A DNA stretch of 58,459 bases, taken from NCBI GenBank assembly GCA_016748015.1, contig JAAOMT010000239.1, positions 30,359-88,817 of the forward strand, read 5' to 3'. A program made the position numbers and the translations under genes. The notes under the pieces are model-generated. The model worked only from the letters and a program-made list of their open reading frames with translations, did no database searches and was not told where the DNA came from. Shown one piece after another: positions 1 to 14,328 of the stretch; position 1 is the stretch's first letter; each line of letters opens with the position of its first letter. This DNA is from Geosiphon pyriformis uo1 (Eukaryota > Fungi > Glomeromycota).

Positions 1-810
1 AAAAAAAAAAATTTTTTATTTTAATGTTTGAATTTTAATTTAATTAATTTCTCAACCTGATTTTTTATAGTATGGACGAGATCATTAGGTAAACTAATTA
101 AGTTATGAATAACTTTCCTTAATTTGATTTAATATTTTATGATAAGTTGAACAAATTATTCAATGGAATTTTAGAGTTTTTATCAAATCCTTAATTTCAT
201 AAAGGTTTTATGTATAATCTTTAAATGACCAAACTGGAATGTATGAAAATAATAAATCATACTTTGTATTAAATCTTATTCTTTAAAGCTAATATTCAGC
301 AAGATTGATAGATCAATAAAGATGACTTAATTACAGGTGATTTTATTATTTTCTCAATCCGATGATACATATTCAATGTTTTAACTTTAATCAAATAGGA
401 AAAATTCTTTACTTAAATAAATAATTGGCTACACACATTTAAAAAGCTTTTGTTCACAGATCAGTAAAAATGCTAAAAAAACAAAATACAATTGATTAAT
501 AAAGATTATAAGCAGTAGAGATCTTTTATAAACTAAATAATAACCTTTAAATTTACTATATATAAAAAATTTGTGAATAATTATTATGTTTCATGTTTTA
601 TACGAAACCTCGATCGATTTGTTCTTTCATAAATATTAACTTGGTCATTTTAATTTGTTACTTTCTAAACATAATATCAATAAAACCTTTGTAAAAGCCT
701 CTTTTTTGTATTATCGTATTCAATTTTTTCTAAATCTCAAAGTTTAAATAAATTTTTTTTTCTTTTGATAGTTAAATATTCAAAGAGCTATGTTTATTAA
801 CGGGTTTGAA
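1..810 (+). repeat. Left arm of ~810-bp inverted duplication (partner 22511-23329)
   Basis: 1-810 is the reverse complement of 22511-23329. The outer ~560 bp look identical by eye. The inner part has a few substitutions (e.g. ttgtgAataa vs ttgtgTataa) and a diverged stretch with an indel near 745-763. Confidence 0.95.
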
Positions 811-1330
811 GCCTATCATTTATATCTAGAATAATTGGACTTATGAAAAACATTAAAAAGACTTAATCATGGAATTATGATGGAATTTGCTCGACACGGA
901 GCATTCGGAAGTATTTATCCACAAATTTTCATTCTACGAGTTGGTCGAATAAATTAGAGGTCGCACAAATTATAGCTGATAAACTTGGTAAAATTCATTC
1001 TGGTTGTCTGGCCCACCGTGACCTACACTCTATAATTTGACAGTTGTGTAGAAATTAAGAGCAACGTCAAACAATGAAATAGCAGGAGAATATAGGGAGT
1101 ATCTCTTAGAAGTTTTAAGATGAAAAAAGTTGACGATAGCTGGTAATCCTTATAGCTTAGGATTTATATTATGTAAATTTGGCAACAGGAAAGCCTCTTT
1201 TTCATGACTTTTCTCATACTCAAATCCTTATAAGGGTTATTATAAATTGTGCTATACTTGAGATTAGCTCTCCTATTCTTTGCCTTCTATCGCTAAACTC
1301 ATTGAAAGTGTTGGGAAGTTTAAAAAACTT
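772..1330 (+). pseudogene. Decayed TKL protein kinase (exon 2 relic), paralogue of 18469-19901
   Basis: Same acceptor and exon start as the intact kinase (ttttgatag|ttaaatattcaaaga = LNIQR). Remnants MMEFARHG, RKYLSTNFHSTSWSNKL, AHRDLHS and LATGKPLFHD are interrupted by stops and frameshifts. Confidence 0.85.
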
Positions 1331-2834
1331 CGTAGAATATATCTAATGAAGATCGGGCAGTCTTAATTTTCTACCTGTGAGTAATATTCTTACACGTGAT
1401 TTAGTGTATAGGTTATTTTTAAATAGCCTATACATAATAAGAAGTTTATAACACTTGGACGATTCCGTTAAAAATGAATTATCTTTTTTCGATTCATTCA
1501 AGCCTTTTAATCGTGGAATTCAAGCATTTACCTGATCCAGTGAGCAAATAGATATTTTTTCATCAGATAATTATATCGAATATTTGGAATGTAAATCATT
1601 AAATAAATTCGTTTTAAAATTATAAATTAGCAAAGCAATTCAGTTTAAGTAAAAAATAAAAATTTAAAGACAAATTGGTTTACATTGAATATTAACATAT
1701 ATATCAATAGGTTTAAATCAAAATTCAGACATTTTATCATTTCTGATTAAATGTATATTATGGAAATAGACAATAACTCGTTTTATTACATTTTATTGAA
1801 TTTACTGATGATAACAATTAATCTCATTGAAAAAAATGACATATTTAATATATTCAATTATATTAAAAACATTTATTTTTCATATGTTTATAAGGGAGTG
1901 ATAAAATACCGAAACGAATCTAATTAAAAATAAGTATTAAATATTCTATTTTAAATATAGCAATCTTATTTCAAAAAAGAATTTAGAACTTTTATACTTA
2001 AAATTTTATACTTGTGAGTATTTCAAAAAAAAGCTTTACTCTTCAAAGTAATCGATTAAGTATTTTAATAAATACTAAAATTTAAGTTTAATGATGAATC
2101 TTTTTTAATGATGTAAATGTTAATTCAATTAAATATCATGGCGTTTTGATAGTCCCCTATGGATTGGATATTATCTTTTGGAAAAAATATTTTAAAGCTT
2201 CCCAGGAAGTGTAATAATTACAAACTGTTTATCAGATTATGAGAATGCACATGGAGCTAAAATTTTTCTTGAAATGCAAAAGAAATCTATGTTAAAACAG
2301 GAGAAATTAAACTGCTTATTCAACTCCTATTTTTGATTCAAATGATGAGAAAAATAGTTGGCGTTTTTATACATCATAGCTATTTGAACTCTGGTCAAAT
2401 AGAGAAACAGTATAATTACGAATTCTCCTTCAATAAGATTTAACACATTTAATTTTATCATCATAGCTTTACAGATTTTATTCACACCATAGAAAATCTT
2501 GAAATTAAAAAAACAAGTTTTGTATTGCATAATAATACTTATTTTATCGATTGTCAATTATTAATATTATTAAATAAAAATTATATTACACCCAATTTAT
2601 TTTTTAAATTCCCGGCAAAAAACTAGCTTTTTCACAAGACTTGAAATTTTAAAGTATTTTCCAATGAATACTATGAATATGCTAAAAAAGCACAGAAAAT
2701 GACTGGCGTTTGTTAAATTTGTGTTTAAGCCGAATTTGTTTATAAAAGACAAAAGATAAAATCCATAAATACCTAGCATCCAATTTTAAGTAACATCTTA
2801 ACGGATTTTTGAAAATTCTTATTTTTCTACCGTA

Positions 2835-5800
2835 ATGATGCTTGTCAATGAACCTAAGAAAGAAATTGGTGAGTATCTGAAAAGTGAGAAAAAAAGGGGT
2901 AAAAAATCACTATAAATTGTTCAAACGTTGTCAAAAATTTTATAATATAAATATTTAATCAGACAGTCTCATATTATATTTATACAAGCGCGAAGGCAAA
3001 CCGAGTTACGATTCAGCCCTGAAGCGCCTGGTGAACAAGAACAAACTACGTCATTTTCTCAATCGGGGTTTTTTCCTGATCTCCCACCTTCGGTAGAAGA
3101 GAATATTGTTAAAGGTATTATAAAAGAATCAATTGTATGTCTAAAATCGCAGCGTAGTATTCGACTTTTGACGAAAAATGATTGCTAAAGACCAGAAACC
3201 TATCGGCATTGGCTTGTGGGAAAACGATGAGGAAAACGTTATTGATGAGATGGAAATTGACTTCCTTAAGCAAGAAAGTCAAATCGGTGGGCAGAGCGCT
3301 ATCAGTTGTGATCCTTGTGAATCAATTCCGGGGCTTTATCGTCTATTAGACTTATGCAAAGACGAAGGATCGAACGGTCTTGGTGCGTGAATACTTTCTG
3401 AGATTTTTTTAGTATTAAGCTTAGATCTAATTGAGCTATTTTTTAACTATCGATAATTTCTAGTCGATAAAATTATTATTTCCCAACGTTTCGTAAAGAA
3501 GCTTTGTAACGAGATCGTACCAAACAGCTTCAAATCAATTTCGAAAATTAATTTCAAAAAGCTAAATTCTAAGGAAATTTCCCTTGTTGGAGTTTATGGT
3601 CGAAACGAAATGATTGCTAAATTTCTCTTGAACCAAAATATCATCGATCAGTCTATGTATGACTTCAATTTTTCTAGTTAAGTTTTTTTCTTGATTTTCT
3701 GAGAAATTTTCTCCAATGCATATTTTAGATATGATTCTCTCATTGGCAATGTCGATCAAACCATCAATCAAGAACCCGTCACCTTGCGGCCTGGAATTTA
3801 TCTTCAAAGTTTACTCACCCCTCTTAGATCCAGTGATTTCAATCCTAATCAACTACAATTTCTAGTCATACATTGGAGTGAAGAAGGTTGTTATGACAAT
3901 TTAGCATCTTCTCATCGAAAGAAAAACTTGACCAATATGCATCGGTATGATTTGTCATGGCATTATGTTTCTTTTTTCAGCTCAACTATTATCCAGAGCT
4001 AATAAACGTTTTTTATGAAAAGTTATCTTACTAAATTGACGAGCATCAAATTTGTCTTATGAGTGAGAGGGATTTGGAAAATATTGATTGGCAGGTTTTC
4101 CGCAAAGAATCCCAAACAAATAAATTCTGCCGCGACCTTACGGTTACTAAGTGTCAAGAGCAAAAAGAAGATTTTGAGCTTTTTCCTGGATTTGAGGTGA
4201 TTAATTTTCCTTTTCTTATATCCTAAAGAAACATACATCCCGTAATAAGATTTATCCGTTCGCAAATTAATTGCTCACCTTTTGGAATTATATGAATTTT
4301 ATTAGGTGCAATTACCAAACCATATGACTCGTGAAAACGCTTATTATGACAAGCAGTGTGGAAACTTCGCTCTAGATCCCCTCATAGTTGAATCTGTTAC
4401 AAATCAAACGTTTGTATCGCGAGATATTATCCCAGCAACCAAAGTAAAAAAAGAAGAATCCATAGAATTGGAGGATTTTCGAAGGAAACTAGAAACACAG
4501 AAATATGCCCTTCATCTTACTCGTCAACTAAAAATACAAGATTTGGAAATAATTGTCAACGAAGGATTGAATCTGAATGAAATTTTCCAACCTTTATATG
4601 ATAATTTGAGGGCATTGAAGGAGGTGAAAAATAAGAGCAAAACAAAGCAAAAAGAAAATCTAGAAAAAGGTGCAACGTCTTTGATAAAAGCACCAGTGCA
4701 ATATTTTAAAGATAAATACAGGTACGAAATCTAGAACAATTCGAATTTAACTCAATTTTAAAAATTAATCAGATCTATTTTTGCAGTTACATTGAATCAT
4801 TTTTGCCAACGATTCAATTAAGTTCAAACCTTTCTAAGGTTGACAGGGAATTTGATGAAAGGGAACAAAATTTGGTCAAAACTCATTTCGAAAGGATTTG
4901 CAATGAAGTCGAAAGCAAATATTCCATTGGAGAAAGGCTTACTATCTTAAACGTACAAGTTAAAACATGTAATAATCTTATACGTCTTGTCTCTCTTCGC
5001 ATATTTTCTTAACCGCTTTAATGAATTCTCATTTCTCAAATATAGCGAAGTACCCTCTCAGTCGTTCTTTTACGATATTCCGTGAAATTGAAGTCACTCA
5101 ACCTACCTTAGTTCGCACCACAATTCACACGGCTGAATTAAGTGCTGAAGATAATTTGCAATTCAATAAAGATCATTCCTTTATACCACAGCCATATTTA
5201 CATTCTTTGACTACCTCATTTGAGTTTGATCCCGAGACCTATGAACTAAGGTTGCTTTTTGACTTAAATCTAACTTTTAACATGTTAACACTAGCTCACT
5301 TATTCTTGTTTATAGACACATCTCACAATTAGAGAATAAAAAGCTCCTGGTATTTCTTTGGAATAAATCAACATTTAAGCTTGAAATATATTTTGATACA
5401 ATCAAACGGCTACCTAAGATTATTCGTGATCAAGCTGCGTCGAAAAAACTCAATATAGATGAACAGTTTCTTTTAGCGGTTAATCAACCTAAAGGATTAA
5501 TAGCCATATATAACACCGAGAAAGCTGTGGTATGTATTGATCACTTCAGGTTTTCGTTAGTAATTATTATAGATAGCAAATTAATCTACTATCTGATCGT
5601 TTTTCCAGCTCAATACCTATGCCTTTGATCAAGAGCAAGGGACTCTTTCTTTGCATTATGCCAATATCCTACTCTTGCATTTTTATAAGAATTTAGTTCC
5701 CAAAATAGCACATTTTTTCTTCATTCAAAACACCGAAGATATTTGCTTTGTAGAGAAAAATGGCACAGCCAAAATTTATAACTTGACATGCGACAGATTC

Positions 5801-8800
5801 CGACCGAGAATTGCTCAGTTTCCGTCAGATTCGAAGAAAGTCTTGAGCACCCCTGATGGGACATGTATCGTTGCCTTTGTAAAAGAACAAATAAAAATAC
5901 CTCCCGAGGAAAACGAAATGCGGGATCCTCCTCAAGATGAAATCCAAAGCGAAAATTTAATAGACAAAACAATAAACTTGGTGGACGTAAAAAAAATTCC
6001 TAACTATCAAAAAAATGTCTCAAACCAGCTTGAAAAATCAAAGGATCCAGATCTTAATAATGAACAAGTAATTGATCGCACTGAAAATGCTGCGAAAATT
6101 CAAGTTGCTAAAAAACCACAGGTGGCAGCAGAGGGTTCAGGAAATTATATTACCAAAGGATACATATATTTTACTGAAAATTTCAAACAAGATGCTCACA
6201 AAATTGTCGAGATTCCATTAGAACACTCTTCAATTGAAAATTTCGAGTTTTCCATGTTGAATAAAAAACAAACTCATCTTACAACAATCGATCGGGAAAA
6301 GGCTATTTACCATTCAGTCATGGTCAAAATATCTCATGGAAAAACTCAATTCCGATTGGAGCGCCAGTCACAAAGCAAATTTTTGGGTCAAGTTAAGTTA
6401 GAAGGTCAACGACCTTGTACCGTTGATGGCAAAAGCACAAAATTCATGCGTGATATTCGTGTTGGCGATTTTTTGATTTTGGGCGAGAATAGGCTGCAAG
6501 TGGCTGAAATACTGTCCGACACTCTTCTTAAAATATCACCTCAGACCCCTCAATTTGTCAAATTTGAATACAGCATATGGAAAGATTTCAGGATTGAGCA
6601 AAGAAATACAGTTAATCGACTGATCGATGTTTATTCCATGGTATTCACCAAATATGCCACCAAAAGTCCAATTGGTCGTGTAGATCAACCTTTGACATTG
6701 ACCATTGTATTGGATATTTCTCCCGAGAATCGTTTGAATTTGAAAGAGTACAAAAGAAAATTTCAAGAATATGTTCAGAAAATGTTTTCTATGTTTAAAA
6801 AAGACACGAAAAAATCAATGGGTCATTTGAAGCAGTTCAATACTAAGCTCATGACTTTCCAAGAATTTGATGATTTTGAGGTACACGCTAACAAGTACAA
6901 ACTCGGGGAGTAGGTTTTCAATTCTTTTTCTTAGTCCTTTGCCCTCACTTTGTTGAAGAAAATTCAAAATTTTTTATTCAATGTGTACAAAGATGGATGG
7001 TCGATTTCTTTTGCTTGATTCCGCTCCAGATTGCTGTTGCCCGAGATAATGTATTTGTTCCGTTTCAAGATGGTTTATCTACCATTGATATCGACGAACC
7101 TTTATTAGATGATGGATATGGGTTCATCAGCAGCGTCAGCAAGACTATTTCATTTGGTTGGTACGAGGCCATATTTAAACATTATGCTAATCTTGAAGTG
7201 AAAGTTGTTTCATCAATGGGGGAACAATCGTGTGGTAAGTTGTATTCTATGCAGCAAAAATTTTATTGAAATATCTCTAATTTGTGTTTTATTCTTTGAA
7301 ATTCAAAAGGAAAGAGTTATTTTTTAAACCATTTTGTCGGTTCAACCTTTGATGGATCTGCAATGGTTTGTTTAGAGTGAGATATCAATGTCTGAATTCA
7401 GAATTTTAAACGTGATATTAAATCTTGCTTGAAAATAAATTCACTAATTAGCGTTGTACTGAAGGCGTTTGGATGTCTTTGGGTGAGTAAGATTCAATTT
7501 AATCAGTCTTTTCTCAAAGTTTTTTCTGCGTATAAAAAACTTAGTCTTAAGTATAACCATGATCATTCTTTTTAACACTAGTTAAAACCGACGACATTCT
7601 TTATGTAGCCCTTGACTTTGAAGGTTGTAGACTTCTCAATTTTACACTTTAAATTACTGATTTTCAAAATTTCCAATGACCATGAACAATTGTTTGTAAT
7701 TTCAGGGTTTGCCAGTATCGAAAGAACCCCACAAGAAGAAACATTTTTACAACTCTTGAATGCTGCAGTCTCGAACCTTGTATTATTTAAAAGTCGATTC
7801 ACCATAAGCCGAGATATCTCAACTATGTTTCAAGGCTTCCAAGATGGGATGAATTATTTTGGCGATGATCTAGACATTTTCCAGGTGATGAGTTTTATCT
7901 AGCATATATTTCTTTCTCTTTTGAGGTGGATTTAATGTTTACACGCTGGCTCTTCGCGGAATAAATTTTCATGAATAGGCAAGATTTTGTATCATCATTA
8001 CAGATGTAGCAGAACCAGATCAAGAAGATGTTACATCCGAGTTTGAGTCAAAACTTTCGAGAATTGTTGATAAGGTAGATCAAATTGCTCAAATCCCTCC
8101 TTTCAAATTAAATTAAACTAAATTTTTTTGGATACTATAGGACGAAGAAAATAATTTCATAACAAAGCTCTATGCCAATAATTTGAGTGTAATCCCATGG
8201 CCAGTTTTCAAAGAAGCTTCCTTTTACGAAAATTTCGTGGACTTGAAAGATAAATTTGATCCAGATTCTAAGTACGAGAATACACGAATCTTTGTTGAGA
8301 AACTTAAGGTAAAGTTGAGAATAAATTTTTTCAATGTTTGCATGAGCATTATGTTTAATTAACAGTTTGAAATTATCCCTTACAAGATTCTAATGACAAA
8401 GCTAAAGTACAGTAAAACTTTTTGTTTCTTTTTGGTTCCATTATTTTTTCATTGACTTAATTTTGTTTATATTCAGAGTTTGCGATTGGGGTAGTGTCCA
8501 GGCAACATTAATTACTATCCGCACTTTAGAATTGAAGAAATATTTGAAGAATGCAATATCATATGGATTTGAACAAAAAGAAGACTTTGAGCTGGATATT
8601 TCTATCGAAAACACATTATCAAACACTAATTCATTTGAAAATGAATTAAAATTGAATATTAAACATCTTATGGTATATTGAAAAGTTCTAATGCTTTTTT
8701 GGAAAACTAGCTATTGGAAATTAAAATTTGTAAATTTTTTAGAGTCGTGATGATGGGCAATTAATTCCTGACCCAGAAGTTTTGCTCGTTGAAATATTTC

Positions 8801-11800
8801 ATGATACACGTATTAGGGATGGCTCAATAAAACTAATGCCTGATTCTGGCCTGGTTTTATTAAAGGACGGGATGACGCTTACAAACCTTTCTTCTGGTTA
8901 GTAATATAACATCATTAACAAGTCTCCCTTTTATTTTACAACTCGTTTTGAAAGATAAAATTAAGTGTAATTTTTCTTTAATTCAAGATATCCTAGGCTT
9001 TTTTGAGGAAAAAATACAAGCACGTTCCATAATTCCTGATTCTCAATGGCTAGAGCAGCTCGAGACTTTTGTCAAATTTATCATCCAAAGACGTGTCAAA
9101 CGTGTACAGCAATGGTTTGCACGGAATACCAATCGTTTCGAAAAGGAACAGAATGAAATCATTATCACAAACTATGTCTTTGAGCAAGAAATCAGCAGAC
9201 TAAGTTTATTCTGGAATTTTTGTCGTCTTCGGTGTAATAGTTGTGGGCTTTTATGCATGAAAGCGAGTCGTCACAGTGATAATGAGCAGGACATGACTCA
9301 TGACTGTTTGACTGATCACAAATGTCATTCAGAATGTCAATTTAGTGAAGCTCATTTAAATCAAACTATACCAAAATGTAATCAGTTTGCAGGTCACGAG
9401 GGTGGTCATGCTTGCGAAAAAAGTCATGCCTGCGGTGCTTCTTGCATTTATGATGGGAAAAGAAATTGTCAGTTAAAATGTGCCAAAGACATTGGCCATG
9501 GGTCAACTAGTGGAAATAAAGATCATTTATGTGGGGCTACACGTCATTATTGCGGATCTCCGTGTTCATTGAAGACCAAGACACAAAAGGGGGAATACGA
9601 ATGTCACAATACTTGCATTGTAAGCCTCTGCTTTAAATTTTTTTCTTGATTTTTAAAAGCTTTATTACATGTACTTCTTTTTTATTTAATTTAATTTATC
9701 AAACAGATTCCATGTGAAGAAATTCATTCAGTTCATAAATGTGAAAATGAAGTTTGCCCTCTTGAATGTCCAATAAGCAATTGCCATCGACGATGCGAAA
9801 GCAAAGATCATTTTCATGACTTAGAAGGAGGCATTGACCATTTTTGCGGGTGATATAGTGGTTCTAAATGACTAATAAAAAACAGACCTTTTAATATGAC
9901 AAAATTAATAACAAGTTGTGAAAATTATCTAACTTTATAATAATCTAGTGAGGAACATCAATGTGCCGAAGATTGCGAAGAAAATGGGATCTGCAAGATT
10001 ATTACTGAGCCAACAGCTATTAAAGATGAATATGTCAACAAATTTGGTAGTTTCATGTATACTAAAGTAAGAGTTTTTGGTTTGAGTTTAATGAAAAATC
10101 TGCAATTGTTGTTAAAATAAGGCTTAGCTAATTGAATTACCGTTTGGAAAATATTTAGTATTTGCAAAAAGATGAAAAACTTCCATGCTGCATTAAAATT
10201 CCTCCCTACAAATTCAAGCATGATGGAAAACATGTACATGAAGAAAAGAAAGAACATAAATTCTCTCGAGATTGTCCGTCTGATATGGGGCTCCACATAA
10301 AGGAGGAGGAAAAAAAGCAATATAATTTTCATTATTGCGATGTAAAATGTCCGAATTGCAGTTATTATGTAAGTTTTTATGAATTTTATTATGTTATGAT
10401 TTTTTTGAACACTCTGAACCGTTTCAAATTTACTTCAGTGTACATTGCCATATGATCATGGCCGAGATTGCAACAGTCAACATAGTAAGCAAAAAGTTTG
10501 ATTCCACCATTGGAGTTGCAAACATTTAAGTTGTAATTCAATGAATTTTTAAATAGACACCGTACATGGAAATATGTATTCGACAACTTTTACGTGCGAA
10601 GAAGAAAATTTTGAGTTTGAAGGTAAATAATCGAATTGGTAGGTCTTCGAGTTAAAAAGACCTTATTCGTTAACTAAAAATCTATTTTTCACCATTTTAG
10701 GACATCGGTTGACTCTGGGAGATCGCGGTGATTTTGTTCTTTGTCATAAAGTGAGCAGTTGTTTTTTAATAATGAGTTTATCCAGTAAGTAATCAAATTG
10801 AATTGTTCTGTAGCTTTGTGAGAACATAGGCAGGCATCGTCATATCGAATACTGCAAAAATCCTAATGTTTGCGAAGCCGATGGTGAATTGAAAAAGGAA
10901 GGAATTCTTGAACACATCAATGGTAGAAAATACTAAAGCTTTTAAATTTCCAACAACCAGAACGAAATTGAATGACATTTTTATGTAATAGCTGCCATAA
11001 GTCCAAACCCTGATCGAAAAAAAGATTATGTTTCGCATAAAGTGTATTGGGACCGAACTAACTTTCAAGGTAAACTTTTTACCATATTAATTACCACTCT
11101 ATTCAATATCGAGTTCTAATAGATAATTTATGATATTTTTCAAGACCCATACTCTAAAGATAACAGAGAAAATTTCAAGAAATGCGATCATGAATGCCCA
11201 GATGAAAAGCATAAGATTGACAAGGCTACCAGAAAAGATTATGTTAGATCATTTTGCACTCAAAATATCTTTCATGCAAAGCTAGATCATAAAAAGGCTC
11301 TCCCTGAAAACAATGGATATATTTCAATAGACGGCCATCATTTTGATTGCGAAAATCCGGTAAAAACTATTGGAGACTTTCATATTATATTTGTGGTCGA
11401 TTCCAGCAGCTCCATGATATATGATGATTGTAAACCTCGTTGTGACAGCACCGAAACACTTCGACTCTTGGATTCTCATAAGAATCGGCTTGGAGCCGTT
11501 TATGAAGCTTGTTATACATTTATTGAGGCGCGTAAAAGTTCTCGCAAGAATACAACCGCTGGACAATCAGCTATTGATCGCGACACTACATCTCTTGTAC
11601 TCTTTTCAGACACGGCAAAAGTGGCATTTGAGAATCGAAGCCTCTCGAATTCCGATGAGCTTTTAGAAAAAATGATGCAATACCGACCATTGGGTGACAC
11701 CAGTTATAAAGCAGGAATTCTGAAAGTTGCCGATATTATTAATCAACACTATGATTCGAAAAAGTAAGGTCCATCTTAATTTTCTAATTCTTTTAAAGTT

Positions 11801-12303
11801 AGTATTTATTGAAAAACCAAAAATGTTCTCTAGAACAAATGTCATTGTTTTCTTATCTGACGGCGAAGATCATGCTCCTGAAAGTGAATTGAGAAATCTT
11901 TGTCAACGGGAAGCCAACAGAGGGTAAATTGATAAGCAATATGACTAAAATCGATAAAAACATTTTAATGCTTAAAATTTATCACTTTTTTTTTCTGCAC
12001 AGTTCGCCATTGTTATTGTATACAATTAAGTTCACTGGTGTAAGTGACTCTCTAGGTAAAAAAATCAAAAGGTGGGGAGATTATGTAACTGGTAAAGGTG
12101 ACTCCCGAGATCAATCGCTTCTAAAAATGGCAGATATTGCAACTGAATATCTTCCAAAAGGAGATTCAAAAGATGCGCTCAAATCTCAATATGTCCTGGC
12201 GGTAAACGAGATTGAGCTCATCGAGCATTTTACTGAAGTTGCAAGCAGTCTACGCAACCATCAACCAATGTTGATCAGTGAAAATATAAAAATTAGTCGT
12301 TGA
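2835..12303 (+). CDS. Giant multidomain protein (~2,250 aa, 33 exons): unknown N-terminus, VLIG/GBP/RHD3-like GTPase, Cys/His-rich region, C-terminal VWA; one apparent frameshift at ~4039
   Basis: Manual GT-AG splicing from ATG 2835 to TGA 12303 keeps the frame except at ~4039. G1 MGEQSCGKS spans intron 7235-7309; G2 RCTEG is in exon 7452-7482; G3 LDFEG starts in exon 7582-7623. Cys/His repeats run ~9220-11360. The MIDAS motif VDSSSSM...GDTSY...LSDGED lies at ~11395-11870. Confidence 0.88.
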
Positions 12304-14328
12304 TTAATCATCGCAGAGATAAATCTCCAAATGATGAAAATTTTTATTATTAATACTAAAGATGTTTAAATGATTTCGATTTCAATAGGAAACCCGTTTC
12401 TGAAGTCATAAAAAATGGGGCAATAAAATCAATAAAATGTTTATTGTTCTATTATTACAGAGGAAATCTATTAATATTGCCATGTGTTTGATTTTCCAAA
12501 AAAATAGGCAAGAAAAGGTTAAATTATTCAGAAGATAATAATTGCACAAGGATCAATGTAGAAAAAATGAAAAGTGAAATGCTATGAACCCTCAAACATT
12601 AAATTGATATGCTGAATGTTTTAATGATTTAAAGTTTAGCTCAAAAAAATGGTTTTCGATAATTTTTACAAGCTATCACATTATCTTAAATTTTCAGATT
12701 TAGATAATAAAAATTATTTTTTATATATATTAATTTAATTTGTAGTTTTATTATGAATTTATCTCTAAGTTCAAAAAGATAAATAATTAGTAATAAGTAA
12801 AAATATAATTTAAATTACTTATTATTATAAAATTAAATCTTTTATTATTTATTTGTTTGCAAAGCTAATAAAAAAATAAAAATTTAACTTTATTTCAAAT
12901 TTTTGTTAACAGCTGTTATAAAAAATTTTATTTAATAATTATGTAGTTTTATTTTTTAAAAGTATTTAAAATTAGATAATAATCATTATGTTTTATAATA
13001 AGTTAAAAAAATCTGTATATATAATTTATATTTAAATAGTTTTTTATTTAATTATTAATAAAAAAAAATATTTATATTATATTAATTTAATATTGTTATA
13101 ATTAAAAAAACATTTTTAGTTAATAAACTTTTTATAAATAAATAAATTTTATTCTTAAATAATAAAAATATAATAGATAAATTACAATTTAAGTTTTTAT
13201 TTATTTTTAAAAATAATTCAAAATTATATATAATCAGAATAAAAATAAGTTTATGATATCTTATTTTAATATTAATGTAAATAATTATATTATATTTAGA
13301 ATTTAAATAACATAAATCTTAATTTATTTTTTAAAGTTATAATTTAAATTAAACTTGGAATTTCAGAGTAATTTAGAATTTTTTAAAATTTATATGTTTG
13401 TTTAATTATAAATTTAAAAAATAACAAATTAATTTTTTATTTAATTATATAAACAAAAAAACAAAAGAATTAAAATTGTAAAAAATATAATTTTATCAAT
13501 TAACAATAATATTAAGTATTTTAAAAATACATTAATAACAGAGTATAAATTTTGTTTATTACTTTATTGAATATTTTAATAATAATAATATAAATAATTA
13601 ATAAAATTTGTTTATCACTTTAATAAATTTTATACAATAAAATTTTTTATTATAATTATATATTTAGCTAACTAAATATAAATGTATATAAGTAATAATT
13701 AATTTTTATTGAATTTAGTTAAAATTACTTTTAATCTACTAATATATAATAATAATAACTTATTTTAATTTTTTAAATAAACTTTTTTTTAATTTTTCAA
13801 CTTAAAAATAAATTTAGAATAAAACTATATATTAAACTATTGAAAAATATATACAAATAAAAAATAAATATCAAAATTAAAAAATACTTTGATTTTATTA
13901 TTTTTAAAACTTATTTGTAAAAATTTAATAGCATATTTAATTTTAAATGTTCATACTTTTTATTTTTGAGTTTTTATTTATGTTTTTTTTTGTTCTTTTT
14001 ATTATTTTTTGTACTATTTTCTCATGTTATAATTATTTTTATTGTTATTAACAACAATTTGTCACTTTGTTTGTAATTAAAATATTATTTTAATATTAAA
14101 AAATTGGGTTTTTTTAAAATAATTTAAACTTTATTTTTATTTTATATGAATTTGTAGAGTCTAATAGTTTACCAAAATAATTTTTATTTTATATGAACTT
14201 ATAGAGTCTAATAGTTTGCAAAAACAATTTTACATTATTTTATTTATATTAATTTTAAAAAATGTTGAATATTTACAAGCAAAACAATTATTAAAACTGT
14301 AAATTAATTATTATTTTTAACTTTAAGA

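Noticed and set aside
3562-11845. Minus-strand ORFs within the giant gene
   Set aside because: They are antisense shadows of real plus-strand exons and have no motifs.
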